The notes below the pieces were generated by a model that was not told the origin of the DNA, did not search any database, and was given only the letters and a program-made list of their open reading frames with translations. Source: Lama guanicoe (taxonomy: Eukaryota). Taken from it: 64,000 bases of DNA. The position numbers and the translations under genes were made by a program. The stretch is from positions 2,542,001 to 2,606,000 of the forward strand of contig MU054212.1 of assembly GCA_013239625.1 (NCBI GenBank). Reading direction: 5' to 3'. Positions 49,238 through 62,654 of the stretch are shown in pieces (within the stretch, counting starts at the first letter, position 1; every line of letters starts with the position of its first letter).

Positions 49238-52200
49238 CTAAAAGATAAATTTTAAAATATTATTAGATCATAGTTTGACCATGACTGCCTGGCATAAAAA
49301 ATTATAAATCAACCTGAACATTGCCATACTACAAAAGCAACTACACCTACAACACACAAAAACTGTTATATATTTAGGTACACAGTATCTCTGTAATGTC
49401 TTCAATTGCAAATGGATTTCAAAGTCTTTGAGCCTAGTACAGCACCTGTCAGTGGGAAATTTAAGTGGTGAATTTTGCTGAATTGATCAAGAATGAGTGA
49501 AGTTCTGGTTCTAACCTCTGGCATGGTGTCTATTAGTGTATAAATCATATGCTAATGTAGCAAGTTTGTGACTGTTTAGATTATTATAATGATTTATGAA
49601 TTAACAGTAAGGATATTTGGGATAAGTAGCAAAGATGGAAAGATATCTGGGAGATAAAGGGAAAAGAACCTTCTAGCCACACTATAGAATTTGGGCCTTT
49701 CCCTGAGGCCAGTGAGGTATCAGCAGAGGTATTAAGACAGGCAGCTGGTATATAAAATCAAAGAAAGATTGTTTTGCTTTTGTTGCTTTTAATAAGGTAG
49801 ACTTGAAAGGCCTACAAGCTGACAGGAAAGGAAAGAAAATAAAGTACAGATATAAAGAGGCTATGAATAAAGTAGCAAAAGGCTACAAGGGAGGTAAATA
49901 ATGCCCGGTATACAGCTGTTAAAGCTAGCTTTTGGAGAAGAGAAGGAACATCTTTTCTTCCAAAAGAGAAGAGAGGTAGAGGAAAAAAGAGACTAACAGG
50001 AAAAAAAAAATTCTTTTACCAAAACTGTCTTACATGTTTTTAAAATAAATGCTCATAAAAGCACTTAATTTCCCCAAAACAGTACTCATTGGGAGCACAA
50101 AATCATCTAATTGTTTCCTCTGGCTAAATATCCCCCCTCCAAGTCACATTAATGATTTTTTTTATCAAAAAAGCATTCCAGAATTGAAATCCTCCTGTAT
50201 CATAAGAACTAGTACCCTAAAAGTTTATATTTCCATAGAAATAGATATACTTAAAAATCTGTTAAATATCACTATATATCTAATGGAATAATGAACTATA
50301 AATAGAATTAAAGTATTTAAAAGTATCAATGTATTGTACATAATTATATTCAGAAAAATTTAAAGTCAACGCTCATCTTGAAACATTTGTGAGTAGGATT
50401 TGGTTTAAAATACTCAAAACAGCATGGGAGGTATATAAAGCAACACTGGTAAAATGCTGCTAACTGTTGAAGTTGGCTGGTGGGTACATAGGGATTCATG
50501 ATACTCCTCCTTGTTGTCTTTGTTTAAAAATTCCTATAACACAAAGTTTAAATTAAGAAATGCTTAGCATACAGGAACTTACTATTCAGCTGTCAGATTA
50601 TCCAAATACTTAAAGCTGAGTTTAAGTCCCAACTCTATTATTAACTTTTTATTCAAGTCTAACAAAAGCTCTTTGAGAGTCAGATTCTTACAATGTGGAA
50701 CTGTGACATCGCTATCTCTGGATCTCAATTTTCGTTCTGTTTATGGTTATACTAGCTCCTGTCTTATTTGTTTGTTAGGACACTTAAATAAGAGAAGACA
50801 TGAGAAAGGGCTTTTAAACATTATAAATAAGCAAGTCTCAGTGCTGGAAGGAAATGCTCCCCTAGTGAAAGTGTGTAACAAGATATTAATAATGAACGTG
50901 CACATATTATGAATGATGTGAAAACCAGAAGAGAGGTCAAGAACTGGTGTGCTATATAAATAGAAGCTACAATTTATCTACTATATTATAAATTACTTGA
51001 TGATAGGAACTAGGTCTCATCCATCTTTATGCCCCAAGTACTGGCATTATCACTACCATAGTAAATTAGAAAACAGTGGACTTATAAAGTGCAATTATAG
51101 AACAAGTTGTACAAAAGTTCAGAAATGAAAGATTAGCACAGCTAGAATAATTTGAAAAGTATTTCAGAGACTGTGAGAGCCTTAAGAAAATAATAAAATT
51201 TGAATAGCAGATTAAAGAAACAGGGGCAATTCAAAAGGAAGAAATAGCTAAAGCAAAAGTATGGAGAAGAAATAGGTAAAGAATGCTTAGGGTATTGGAG
51301 AGTAAGGAAAAATACACAATAATGAAAAGTAGAAGCTATTAATTATTTGGTAACACAGAGCTTGAAGTAATGGAAATAAGAAGTCTGGGTAATATAAATA
51401 ATAGTTAACTCTTAATATATCTCAATTACTAAGACCTTACCATGTGTCAAACACCATAATAAGTGCTTTTGGTCCATCTGTTGGACAAATGGGATGTCCC
51501 TCATGCATTTATAGGAGAAGAAATTGAAGCACTGAGAATTTAAGTAACTTGACCCACACTCGATCACTTCACTATGACAAAATCAAATCACAAAATACTG
51601 TATATTTGCAACCATTAGCAAAGCATGGGTTTTGGAGCCAGAAATCAATTTCTAGTTTTAACTCTCCCACTTAACAGTTTCTTGTCCTTGAGACAAATTA
51701 CCTATCTTCTCTTTCTTGATTTTTTCATCTCACAAGTGAGGGTAATTATAATCCCTGCTTCAAAAAGTTATTCAAGAAGAAAATCATGAGAAGGCTCTGC
51801 AAACTGAACTACTTATTCACTGATACAACTGGAGACAGCACGGTACAGTGAAGGGTCTAGTCACTGGGGTCTCCAGTCACTCAGAATCTGCCATCCAGCT
51901 TGACTACTTCTTACCTCTGTCATCCTGGGTAAAAATCACTCCAACTCTCTAAGTTCCCTTGTAATTACAAAATTCCTGTTTCCAGAGAGTAAAGAATGAA
52001 TGGGAAAGGAGGAAAGAGGACAGCGCGGGAGGATCCTTCATCCCATGATGAAGTTAGGAGATGTTAATGGTCTAAACAAAGATAAGACAGTGGTTAGAGA
52101 GAAGTGGATGGATTCAAGAATGTTTAAGGAATTCAGATTAACAAGATTTTGTCATTTATTAGATGGAGAAAGGGAGAGGGAGAAAGACTTAAATGTCAAA

Positions 52201-52819
52201 TGTGGCACTTGGCACTCTAGCGTGGTGACAACACCCCTCTCCCTGGTAGAGAACACAAAAATACAAAAATTACATACATAATTACATACAAAAATTATGA
52301 ATGTTTTGATTGTGTGAAATTGATATGATACATCTAAGTGGAGACATCTACTAGGCATCTGATTTTCAGAAGAGGTAAGTCAGACTAGAACTAGAGATTT
52401 GAGAGTCAGCAGCATGGTAAACTGAAACCATGTGAGTAAATGAGACTGTCTAGAGAGAGTGCGTGGAATGACAAGAGTCCCAGACTAACCATCTTTAAAT
52501 TTCTTTCATTCATCTAATCAGATAAAAAGTCTTAAAATTATTCTGTCACAATACTTTCTAGGGGCTTCTTTCTTTCTGTATTATGATTACCATTCAAATT
52601 TAGGAAGTGAATGCCTTATTTATTCATTTATCTGTATTTATTTACCAATATTTATTGACTACTTGGTATATTCTACTAGGTGATGGCAACTCAACAGTGA
52701 TAAAAACAGACACGGTGATGTCTTTAGAGAACTGACATTCTAGGGGAAGAGAGTATGACAACAAACAATAATTACACAATCTGTCACAAGGAGATAAATA
52801 CTATGCTGAAACATAAAAA

Positions 52820-54980
52820 CATCTAATGTCACACTTAATGAAACTTTCCTGCTAAATCAGGAACAAGGCAAGGATGTTCCCTCACACCACTCCTTTTCAA
52901 CATTGTACTGAAATTCCTAGCTTATGCAATGGTATAAGGAAATAAAGGTAAACAGTTTGGGAAAGAAATAAAACTCTTTTTTTGCAGGTGACATGATTGT
53001 CTAGGTAAACAAAACACTCCTAAAACTAATAAGCAAGGTTGCAGGATACAAGGTTAACATACAGAATTCAATCACTTTCCTCTATATACCAGCAATGAAC
53101 AAGTGGAATTTGAAATTAAAAATTTCAAATTCAATAATACCATTTACATAAGCACCCTCCAAAATGAAATACTTAGGTATAAGTCTAACAAAATATATAT
53201 AGATCTATATGAGGAAAACTAAAACTCAAAGAACTAAATAAAGGTAGAGATGTCTATGTTCATGGACAGGAAAATCAATACTGTTGAGATGTCAGTTCTT
53301 CCCAACTTGAATCTAAAGATTCAACACAATCCCAATCAAAATCCATGCAAGGTATTTTTAGATATTGATAAAATGATTCTAAATTTATATGGAGAGGCAG
53401 AAGACCCAGACTAGCCACACAATATTGGAGGAGAAGAACAAAGTCAGAGGACTGACAGATTCCAAGTTCAAGACTTACTACAGCAATCGAGACAGTGTGG
53501 CACTGGTGAAAGAACAGAAAAAAAGATCAACAGAAGAGAATCGACCAGAAATAGACCCACATAAATATAGACAACTGGTCTCTGGAACGCAGCAAAGGTA
53601 ATACAATAGTGCAAAGATAGTCCTGTTCAACAAATGGTGCTAGAAAAACTAGACATCCACATACCACAAAATGAATCTAGACACAGATCTTAACACCCTT
53701 CAGAAAAATTAACTCAAATAAAATCATAGATCTAAGTGTAAAAATACAAAACTATAAAACTATAAGATAACATAAGAGAAAACATAGTTGACCTTGAGTT
53801 TGGCAATGACTTTATAGCTACAACACCAAAGGCATAATCCATGAGAAAAATAACTGCTAAGCTGGACTTCATTAAAATTAAAATTTTCTCCTCTGCAAAA
53901 GGCAATGTCAAGAAAATGGGAAGACAAATCAAGAAAACAAGGTAGCATTTATAAAAGATACGTCCGATAAGGACTGTTATCTAAAATGTACAAAGAACTC
54001 TTAAAACTAAACAATAAGAAAATGAACAACCCAATTAAAAACTGAGCCAAAGACCTGAACAGACACCTCACAAAAGAAGATATAACAATGGCAAACAAGC
54101 ATATGAAAAGATGTCCAACATCACATGTCACTGGGGAAATGGAAAATAAAATAACCGTAAGGTGTCACTACACATATACTGGTATGGCCAAAATTGTGAA
54201 CACTGACATTAAATGCTGATGAGGATATGGAGTGACAGGAACTCTCATTCATTGCTGGTTGAGAATGCAAAATGGTACCGCCACTATGGAAGATAGTTTG
54301 GCAGTTTCTTACAAAATTAAACATATTCATCATAAAATTCACTAATTATGCTCACTTCTTAGCACCTATCCAAATAAGCTGAAATCTATGCCCACACAAA
54401 AAACTGCACATGGAAATTTATAGCAGCTTCATTTCTAACCTCCAAAACTTGAAAGCAACCAAGATGTCTTTCAATAAATGAATGTATAAAGAAATGGGCT
54501 ATATTCAATTCTAAAGAGAAGTATGTTATCAAGCCATGAGAAGACTTCAAATGCTTATTATTAAGTGATAAGCCAATCTGAAAACAGGATTCAAAGTATA
54601 TCACATTCTGGAAAAAGCAAACTATGAAGATCAGTGGTTGCCAGGAGTTAGGGAGGAGAGAGGGAAGAAGGGGGTGGGCACAGAGAATTTTTAGGGCAAT
54701 GAAACTATTCTGAATGATATTATAATGGTGGATACATTTGTCAAAACCCACAGAATGCAAACCACCAAGACTGAACCATCATGTAAATTATAGACCTGGG
54801 ATGAATGTGATCTGTCAATGCAGTAGGCTCACTGGTCGTAACAAATGTACCACTGTGGAGTGGGATGCTGAAAATGGAATAGGCTACGCATGTGCAGGGG
54901 TAGGGAGTATACGGGAACTCTGTACTTTCTTCTCAATTTTGCTGTGAACCTAAAATTGCTGAAAAAAAGTCTGTTAAAAA
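52820..54980 (+). mobile_element. L1MC/MB-like element (ORF2 plus 3'UTR) in the last SS18 intron, antisense to the gene
   Basis: ggaacaaggcaaggatgttccctcacaccactccttttcaacattgtactgaa, ccagaaatagacccacataaatatag, and 3'UTR tgtcaaaacccacagaatg...ctcaattttgctgtgaacctaaaattgct. Confidence 0.9.
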
Positions 54981-54999
54981 AGTATGCTTCCAGTCAAGA

Positions 55000-57250
55000 C
55001 TAATTTACGCTCCAGCCTCAAAAAAGCAAGAACTACACAAAATATATGAAATCATCATATTCAGAACACAGGACAGAAGGTAACAAAGGACAACAATCTA
55101 TGAGAAATGGGAAACAAACGAGGAATGTGCTCTGATTATCGTATCTTACTGCACTGAGAGTTTCCATGCTGAACTGCATGGAGGGAGACTGAGGCTGAGT
55201 CTGAGTTAAGGAGATAAAGCTTAAGAGTCTGAAGAGAGAAAAAGGAGTTAGAGATCACAGGACACACTACCAGAGATGAAAGAAATGCACAGAAAGAGAA
55301 CTGTGGAGATCTGCAGAGGAAATCTTTTGAGTATTCAGCATAGTACGGATATGCAAATGCATGCAAGGAAAACACCCAAGACTGGGGAAAGAAACACCCA
55401 GCAGGATGAGAGAAAGCAATACCTGAGCTCACAGAGGGACAGAAATCATGTTTATTCCCACCAGCCAGAACAGAAATATCCATCATGATGATAGATGCAA
55501 AAATTCTTAAAATTTTAGCTGATCAAATCCAACAACATATAAAAAGGATAACACACCATGACCAAGTGAGATTTATCCAAGGTATGCAAGGTTGAATTAA
55601 AATTTGAAAACCAAATAATATAATTTGACACACTAATAAACTAAAAAAGGAAAGCTATGATTCTTCAATAGATAAGGAAAAATCATTTGACAAATCTCAA
55701 AATTCATTCCTGATAAAAATTCTCAGCAAACTAGGGATCCAGGCAACAACCTCCACCTGATAAAGAACATCCACGAAAACCTTACAACATCTTATATGAG
55801 GCTGAAAGGCTAAATGCTTTCCCCCAAAGGTCAGGAATAAGACAAAAGATGTCCACTCTCAAAATTTCTATTCAATATTGTATTGGAGTTTCTAGCTGGG
55901 GGAAGACAAATGGAAGGGAGAAGAAAGCATTCAGACTGGGTAGGAAGAAATGGTCTTTACTTATAGACAACATGATTTCTGTTAGAAATTTTGGAGGAAT
56001 CTACAAAATAGGAATTCTACAAAATAGAAATAATAACAAAGATTAGTAATTTGAGAAAATATCAATATACAAAAATAAATTACATTTGTATATAACCAGC
56101 AACAAATGGAAATTCACATTTTTAAGAAATTTATAACAGTATCAAAATAAATACGAAATACTTTAAATATAAACCTGACAGAAGCTGTGTAAGACCTGTA
56201 CACTGAAAACTACATAACACTAATGAAAAAACATCTTTAAGGGACATCTTCCACATTCATAGGTTGGGACAGCATACTGACATCATGTAAAGATACCGGT
56301 TCTCTCCAAACTGATCTACTGAGTCAATTTCCAAACAAGGGATCAATTTCCAATTGATCTATAAGGTGTTTCCAATAAAAATGTCATAGGCTTTTTTGTA
56401 GACACTGAGAAGCTGACTCTAAACTTCATATGGAAATGCATAATACCTAAAATGCCTAAACAACTTTGAAAAAGAACAAAATTGGAAGACACCTGATTTT
56501 AAGACTTACTACAAAACTATAAAAAAGACAATGTGGTACTGGCATAAAAACAGATAAATAGAACAATGTAATAGAAGAGTCCAGAAATAGATGCCTTTAT
56601 GGACAAATGATTTTTGGCAAAGGTTCAAGTAGACAATTCAGTGGAGAAAGGGTAGTCTTTACAACAAATGGTATTGAGATAATAAGCTATTGGAGTTTCT
56701 AATTGGGGGAAGATAAATGGAAGGGAAAGGAAAAACCATGCAAACTTCAATTCACATTACATATGAAGATTAATCAAAATGGATCATAGACTTAAATGAA
56801 AAGCCTAAAAACCTGTTAGAAGAAAGCAGAGAAGAAAATCTTTTGACCATGGTAAAGATTTCTTACATATGATACCAAAGAATGATCTATAAAAGAAAAA
56901 ACTGATAAACTGGACTTCATAAAAATTTTAAGGTTCTTCTCTTTGAAAGACACTGTTAAGAGAATGAAAGGACAAGCTAGAATGGAGAATATTTTTTGAA
57001 ATTAAGTATCTGATAAAGGACTTGTATTCATAAGACCTCTCAATACTCAATAGTTAGAAAATAACTGCATTTTAAAATGAGCAAAATATTTGAATATGTA
57101 TTTCAGAAAAAAGGATACATAAATGGAAAATATGCAAAAGAGAAGACAGTCACCATCATTAGTCCTTCGGGACATGCAAATCAAAGCACAATGAGATACC
57201 ACTATGCATGTATCAGAATACATAAAATTAAAGATAGACCATATAATTTA
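55000..57250 (+). mobile_element. Second old L1M element (ORF2 fragments) in the last SS18 intron
   Basis: atagatgcaaaaattcttaaaattttagc...caaatccaacaacatataaaaaggataacacaccatgaccaagtg, cctgattttaagacttactacaaa and aaactggacttcataaaaatt. Confidence 0.85.
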
Positions 57251-57938
57251 GAGCATGTAAGAGGAGATTCACAAAACAATGACTGTGGTACAGATTACCA
57301 AGTCTGAGAAGTTTGGTGATGAGAAGAAGGCATTAATAATACTAGGATCAAGAGAACACAGTCACCTTAGGATGAGATACACTTCTACATATTTAAAGGT
57401 AGGAGAAGGAAAGACAATAGGGGAGAAAGAAAGATTGTTAGTACCTGAGTTAATAGATATGTGTATGGAAGGAGGCAACAGAGACAGGTGGTAAGCATGA
57501 ATTTAAAGAGAAGGAATACCGTGGATGTGAAGGAAGTGTGGTGAAAACGCTGACGTGAAAATGAGAGTTAGTAACAGCACTGACTCAGAGGGACTCCACG
57601 TTTCAACAGGTCAGTGCTTAGTCCTGAGCAATAAGCATGCGGGAAATCAGAGAAGTTAGGGGCTTTAGAACATGAAATGATGTTTGGAACGGCGAAGGAA
57701 AGTATGCCTGGGGGGTAAAGACCAGAGAGAGAATATGAATGAATGAATGACTAGGAATGAAAGCTGGTACTAGAAATAAGACATGTTTTATATGTTATAG
57801 CAACTATGCTTGACTGTGCTAGCATTCTATGAAAAAGACACAAGAGGAAGGAAAAATGAATCTTCCAGTGAAAAACATTCAACCTAACCAAGAGTGGATA
57901 AACAACAGGGCAACTGCACAGCTGGCCAAAGAGCTTAC

Positions 57939-58072
57939 CTGGTCATATCCATAAGGCCTCTGCTGTGGTGGCTGTGGTGGTCCAGGCTGTGCTGGTCTGT
58001 AACCCCCATACTGCTGACCTTGTCCCTGTGGGTAGTTAGGATACTGAGGACCTGGACCGCCCTGTGAAGGAC
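57939..58072 (-). CDS. SS18: SS18 penultimate coding exon, 134 nt (human exon 10 equivalent)
   Basis: ttttgcag|GT CCT TCA CAG ... TAT GAC CAG|gtaagc translates (G)PSQGGPGPQYPNYPQGQGQQYGGYRPAQPGPPQPPQQRPYGYDQ, also visible inside ORF 57879..58109. Phase 1 start, phase 0 end. Confidence 0.97.
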
Positions 58073-59404
58073 CTGCAAAAGAATTAACACAAACAAAAGC
58101 CCAGAACAAATATAGTAAGTCCTAGAACTCTGGAAGGGATTTAGAATTAGGCGTTACTACATTCTCAAATTTAAACGAAAAAGGACAGTTTGATATCTTG
58201 CTTTTTGTCAAATGATTTTGAAATAAATTCCAAAGGTTATAATAAGTGAGACTATTGTAAGGATACCATGTGCCAAGAGGCTTTGATTCAGTGTAACTAT
58301 GGTGCTATGTGTTAGCCATTAAGATTTTGTATGTCAAAATGAGTAAAAGAGACCCAGGAGTTATAAGGCAGGTTAACTCCATGATGTTAAGGAAATTCAC
58401 TCATATCTCTACTAGAAAGTTAACCAGTGTAAGCAAGAAAAAGAAACAAGGAAAAAGATAAAAGGAAAAGCAAGAAGTAGATTCAAATGAAAATACTGAA
58501 AAAATTTCTGAATAAAGTTTGGAAATCCGTGATAGTTACTGCTGTAAACTCTTAAGATTTATGCTTGCAATCATTGAAAAAAAAATCACAAGGAATGATT
58601 TTACATGTACATTCCAGATTTATATTCATAATCACCAAAAGAATGCTGTATGCTCTGCAATGACAAACTCACTATAACAATATTTTCAAACAGAAGCTAA
58701 GAAGACTTGAAAAACCACAGGCTGCATATGAAAAAACTTGATTCAAAAGTTACATTCTGTGTAGCAGTCACCTTTAAAACTTAACCCATAAAAATGAATG
58801 ATTTGAAATTCCAGAGATGGCAAGGGACTAATCTGGTTCGCCAAACAAATATGTATGTTTCATAGACTCTGCCATTGTCTATTGTAAAGAACGCTTTATA
58901 AAGCATAAGCTGAAAAGCCTTGACACTCAAATGTTTTCTATCAAGGCCATTCAAAAGCTGTCATAAAAACCACTGACTGCAGAGAAAGGTGTCAAAGAGA
59001 ACCACAAATTTTCAAGCTTAAATAAATTCCATCAGCCTACTATTTTATTTAATTATTATGCATCCAATTATTAAAATTGTAAATTTTCTATCAGAAGAAA
59101 GTTTGACACCCGAAGCCTACAGATAAGCAAAATGGGAATAACTCCTTTAGGGTGTATGTATGACAAAACAGCATTTAATTACTTAAACCAAAATTACTAA
59201 ATTTCTTTTACTCTCTTTCCACTGACAATAATATTTATCTTAAATCAGTAAACTTACCTGACTGATCCACATCATATTTGTTTTCATACAAACACAATAA
59301 AATCAGAATACTCTATTTATTCAATGTACAAAATATTCAATGGTCATGAAATGGAAATGCCATTTGAGAGGAGAGCAAGAAAATTCCCTTGTACTTTATT
59401 GCAT

Positions 59405-59519
59405 TTTTAGGAAAGAGGTAATTTAGTTTACTTATTTATTTTTAATGGGGGTACTGGGGACTGAACTTAGAACCTTGTGCATGCTAAGCACACACACTAC
59501 CACTGAACTATACCCTCCC
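59405..59519 (-). mobile_element. tRNA-Ala-derived SINE (vic-1-like), intronic
   Basis: The reverse complement reads gggagggtatagttcagtggtagtgtgtgtgcttagcatgcacaaggttctaagttcagtccccagtacccccattaaaaataaataag, the same family as the 28383 copy. Confidence 0.85.
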
Positions 59520-60525
59520 ACTAAAGTCCCTTTGTAAAGACAAGAAATCCATGGAATATTTCTAAAGTCATATCTGGAATTAGGGAACCAGAACTCATCA
59601 CTTTGGGGAGAATGCCTGACTGCCAATACCTAACTGAATTTTAATGCTTATGTTGAAGGTGCAAGAGAATTTCAGCCTGATCCTGGTTCTCAGATTTGCT
59701 ATCATAGGTGGAGAGAGGTGCCCATAGTAACAGCAGAGCTTAAACCAATGATAAAAATAATAAGACATGACAGATGTAAAAGAGATCATATTAGTAAGAG
59801 ATGATGTCAGATTAGGCAGCTACTTCTCCTATGGTAGGAACTATACTTTCCTACATCTGAAGTAGTTATAGTTGCCTGAAATTGAAGATTGAGAATATCA
59901 AGTCTTTATCATTCCCTAATCTCTATCCAATAGTCAGAAAGCCAAACAGTAGATATTACAGTGAATATATAATAAGAAAAGACTGCTGGATTTCCCCCAA
60001 ACTCTGTAAGGTACAGTATATGCAATAAATACACCCCTACGGGTGTGTACGCTGTTTAAATAGAGAATGACAAAAACATTTTCTTTACGCATTCCAAATA
60101 GATCTCATTTGTACCTAGAAAGTCAGTGTTATTTTTCATGGTAACAGTCATTGGTTTTAGAAACAAATTTGCCCAGCAGATTATATAGATATTGTTAATA
60201 ATCACCCAACTCATCAGTTTTTCAAGCACATACAAAGCTACTGGCTGGTCGTGAAAGCTAAATAGGTTTAAGAGTTCACTTTAAATGGCTACATACCCTA
60301 CCTTTGGTCAATGAAACACCTCTAGTTTATGTTTCTTTTTAAACAGATTACTAGTTTAACAACAGCATTTAAAATAAACACTCCAGTAGTAGTCTGAGCC
60401 AAAATTGTGAATTTTCAAAAATGGTAATTCTTAGAAAAATAAACATTAACTATCCACTTCCATATTTTAAAAGAGCAATCATCACATTCTTTTGGCGACA
60501 AAAATAAACTGCAGTAAGCTGTTAC

Positions 60526-60648
60526 CGTAGCCCTGCTGCTGTCCTGGATAGCCCTGCTGCCCGGGGTACTGCTGCTGCTGGGGTGGATATCCCTGCTGGG
60601 GAGGTGGTCCTTGGTAAGCATCTTGCTGTTGGCCATACTGTGAGTTTC
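60526..60648 (-). CDS. SS18: SS18 coding exon, 123 nt (human exon 9 equivalent)
   Basis: ccctgtag|GA AAC TCA CAG TAT GGC ... GGC TAC G|gtaac translates (G)NSQYGQQQDAYQGPPPQQGYPPQQQQYPGQQGYPGQQQGY(G). Phase 1-1, in frame with the neighbouring exons. Confidence 0.96.
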
Positions 60649-60812
60649 CTACAGGGTAATTGGAGAAGAGGGAAAAAAAAAAACTGAGAAGTTTGCTTAA
60701 TTAACTTTTTTTCTTCTAAGATGCATAGCATCCTACAGGGTAATTGGAGAAGAGGGAAAAAAAAAACTGAGAAGTTTGCTTAATTAACTTTTTTTCTTCT
60801 AAGATGCATAGC
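60647..60812. repeat. Tandem duplication, 83/82 bp copies (60647-60729 and 60731-60812), spanning the SS18 exon 9 splice acceptor
   Basis: tcctacagggtaattggagaagaggg(A)n ctgagaagtttgcttaattaactttttttcttctaagatgcatagc occurs twice, with A-runs of 11 and 10. Confidence 0.95.
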
Positions 60813-61440
60813 CAACAACACAAGAACAAAATGAAATGCCATATTGATTTTAAAAGTTAACAAAACAAAGAAAAAACTCAAACCAAACAGAAGGGTTTCG
60901 GCCAAACAAACTGCAGTTAAAGCCAATTTTGCAAGGTTGAACTGCAGCATTTTCAGCGTCTCTGCCATACGAGCATTACATTTACTGGAACATCACAGTC
61001 ATAAGATCATGACTATGCTAAATAAAATAAAAAAGACAAAATTAAAGACAGCTACAAGAGCACACACTAGCTACACAAGATCAGCAAGCTGTTTCCTAAA
61101 GGCACTATACTTATGTGTAAATTATACATATGTAAACACACACAAGAAAAAAAATTGGATTGATGGATTTATGTTCAAATAGAAAGTTTCCACTGAGGAA
61201 AAAATTATTTTAAAATGTTTTAGTCTTTTTATTTTTGTTAGAAATGGCAAGTCATGGTTATACATTTTAAATATTTGTAAGGAAATTATTTTGATTGTTC
61301 TAGGCTCCCTGTAACTTTCAAGACAGCCAGCAACTAGTATTCTACAAGAGCTTTGCGTGGGTAGAAGTTGTCTTATGCAAGAATTTTCGTTCCTGTAGAA
61401 GGGGATATATATGTGGATGTGTGTGAAGGTATATAGATAC

Positions 61441-61533
61441 CTCCTTCGTAGTAATGTTGTGAGGAATCCTCATAAGGCCTATCGTAGCCTTGTTCAGGAT
61501 ACGACGGTTGCTGATAACCGTAATCATTATGAC
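61441..61533 (-). CDS. SS18: SS18 internal coding exon, 93 nt (equivalent to the alternatively spliced human exon 8), QPGY domain
   Basis: Minus strand tgtag|GT CAT AAT GAT TAC GGT TAT CAG ... TAC GAA GGA G|gtatct translates (G)HNDYGYQQPSYPEQGYDRPYEDSSQHYYEG, matching SS18 as recalled. AG/GT boundaries are canonical, phase 1-1, and the length is divisible by 3. Confidence 0.96.
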
Positions 61534-62442
61534 CTACATCAATTCGACAAGAGACAGGAAGAAACGTTAATGGCCACTGAGTGAAAAACCCTAAATATAG
61601 TTAAACTTTCAGATAAAACTGAAAAAGAGAAAAAGAAATGGAAATACATAAAAAATAATTTCAATTGCATTAGCCAAATATTTACCAAATGTGATTGTTT
61701 TCATATCGAGATAACGTGCAAATTTTTTTAAAGCAAAAAACAGTTTTAGAAACATTACACTTAGTCTTAACTCTGATAATCCTCATCAAGGAGGGAAAAG
61801 AACTTTATCTTTCATTTTTTTTTTAAAAAAAGAGAATGAAAGCATTTAGGCCTTTCACATGTAAATAACTTGAATTAAATTAGAATGAACAAAGGAAGCA
61901 ATTATCATATTTTGTCAAACACCTGTTCTGTTGGTCGCCAATTCCACAGCATATGCTAAAACAATGCAAAATATAAAAGAGCTCCATAAGTTTTTTTCCC
62001 CTGAAAGAAACTGAAACAAACTTTTCACATTTTCTGTTAACTTGCTTAGAGTATATGTACCTCAAAGTATTTTCAGATGCAAAAATATATTGCTTTAATG
62101 CTGCCATTCTAGGAGCTTTTAGAAAATATATCTAGAGTATCACAAACATGCACCTTCACAAAATTAATACTGTGATAAGTGCTAAGAGTACACCTTTAAT
62201 TTTAAAGCATGATAAATTACACCTGCAAGATGACTGTAGACTTTGATGAAATCAATACTCTAGTCCTTTTTGCTAAGTTGCTCAAAGAAATTGCAAGAAA
62301 TAACCTTTCAGTTTGCTAAAATCTGAACTAAGTTTTAGAAGAAAACCTAATTAAGGAAGGAGGAATATAGTTATGAATAAACGTGATACTCATTGCTCTA
62401 GTATTCCAGTGTTCGCAAGCCACCTCATAAACACCTACATTA

Positions 62443-62654
62443 CAGACTGGCAAACTATGCCTGCAGTCTGAATACAGCCAGTGGCCTGTTTTTGTAAAGA
62501 GTTTCACTGGAACACAGTCACAACCATTCATATTTTCTATAGCTGTTTCCATGCTTATGACAAGAGTTCAGTAGTTGAGACTGAGACCGTATGACTTGCA
62601 AAAACTAAAATATTTACTCCCTGGCCCTTTAAGAAAAAAAGTTTGCCAACCCCT
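62443..62654. mobile_element. MER58A-like hAT-Charlie element
   Basis: ggcaaactatgcctgcagtc...cctgtttttgtaaagagtttcactggaacacagtcac...aaaatatttactccctggccctttaagaaaaaaagtttgccaacccct. Confidence 0.85.

Noticed and set aside
60415..60731. ORF-track proteins 60415..60636 and 60522..60731
   Set aside because: These are alternative frames overlapping the true SS18 exon. The SS18 frame is fixed by splice phase and sequence identity.
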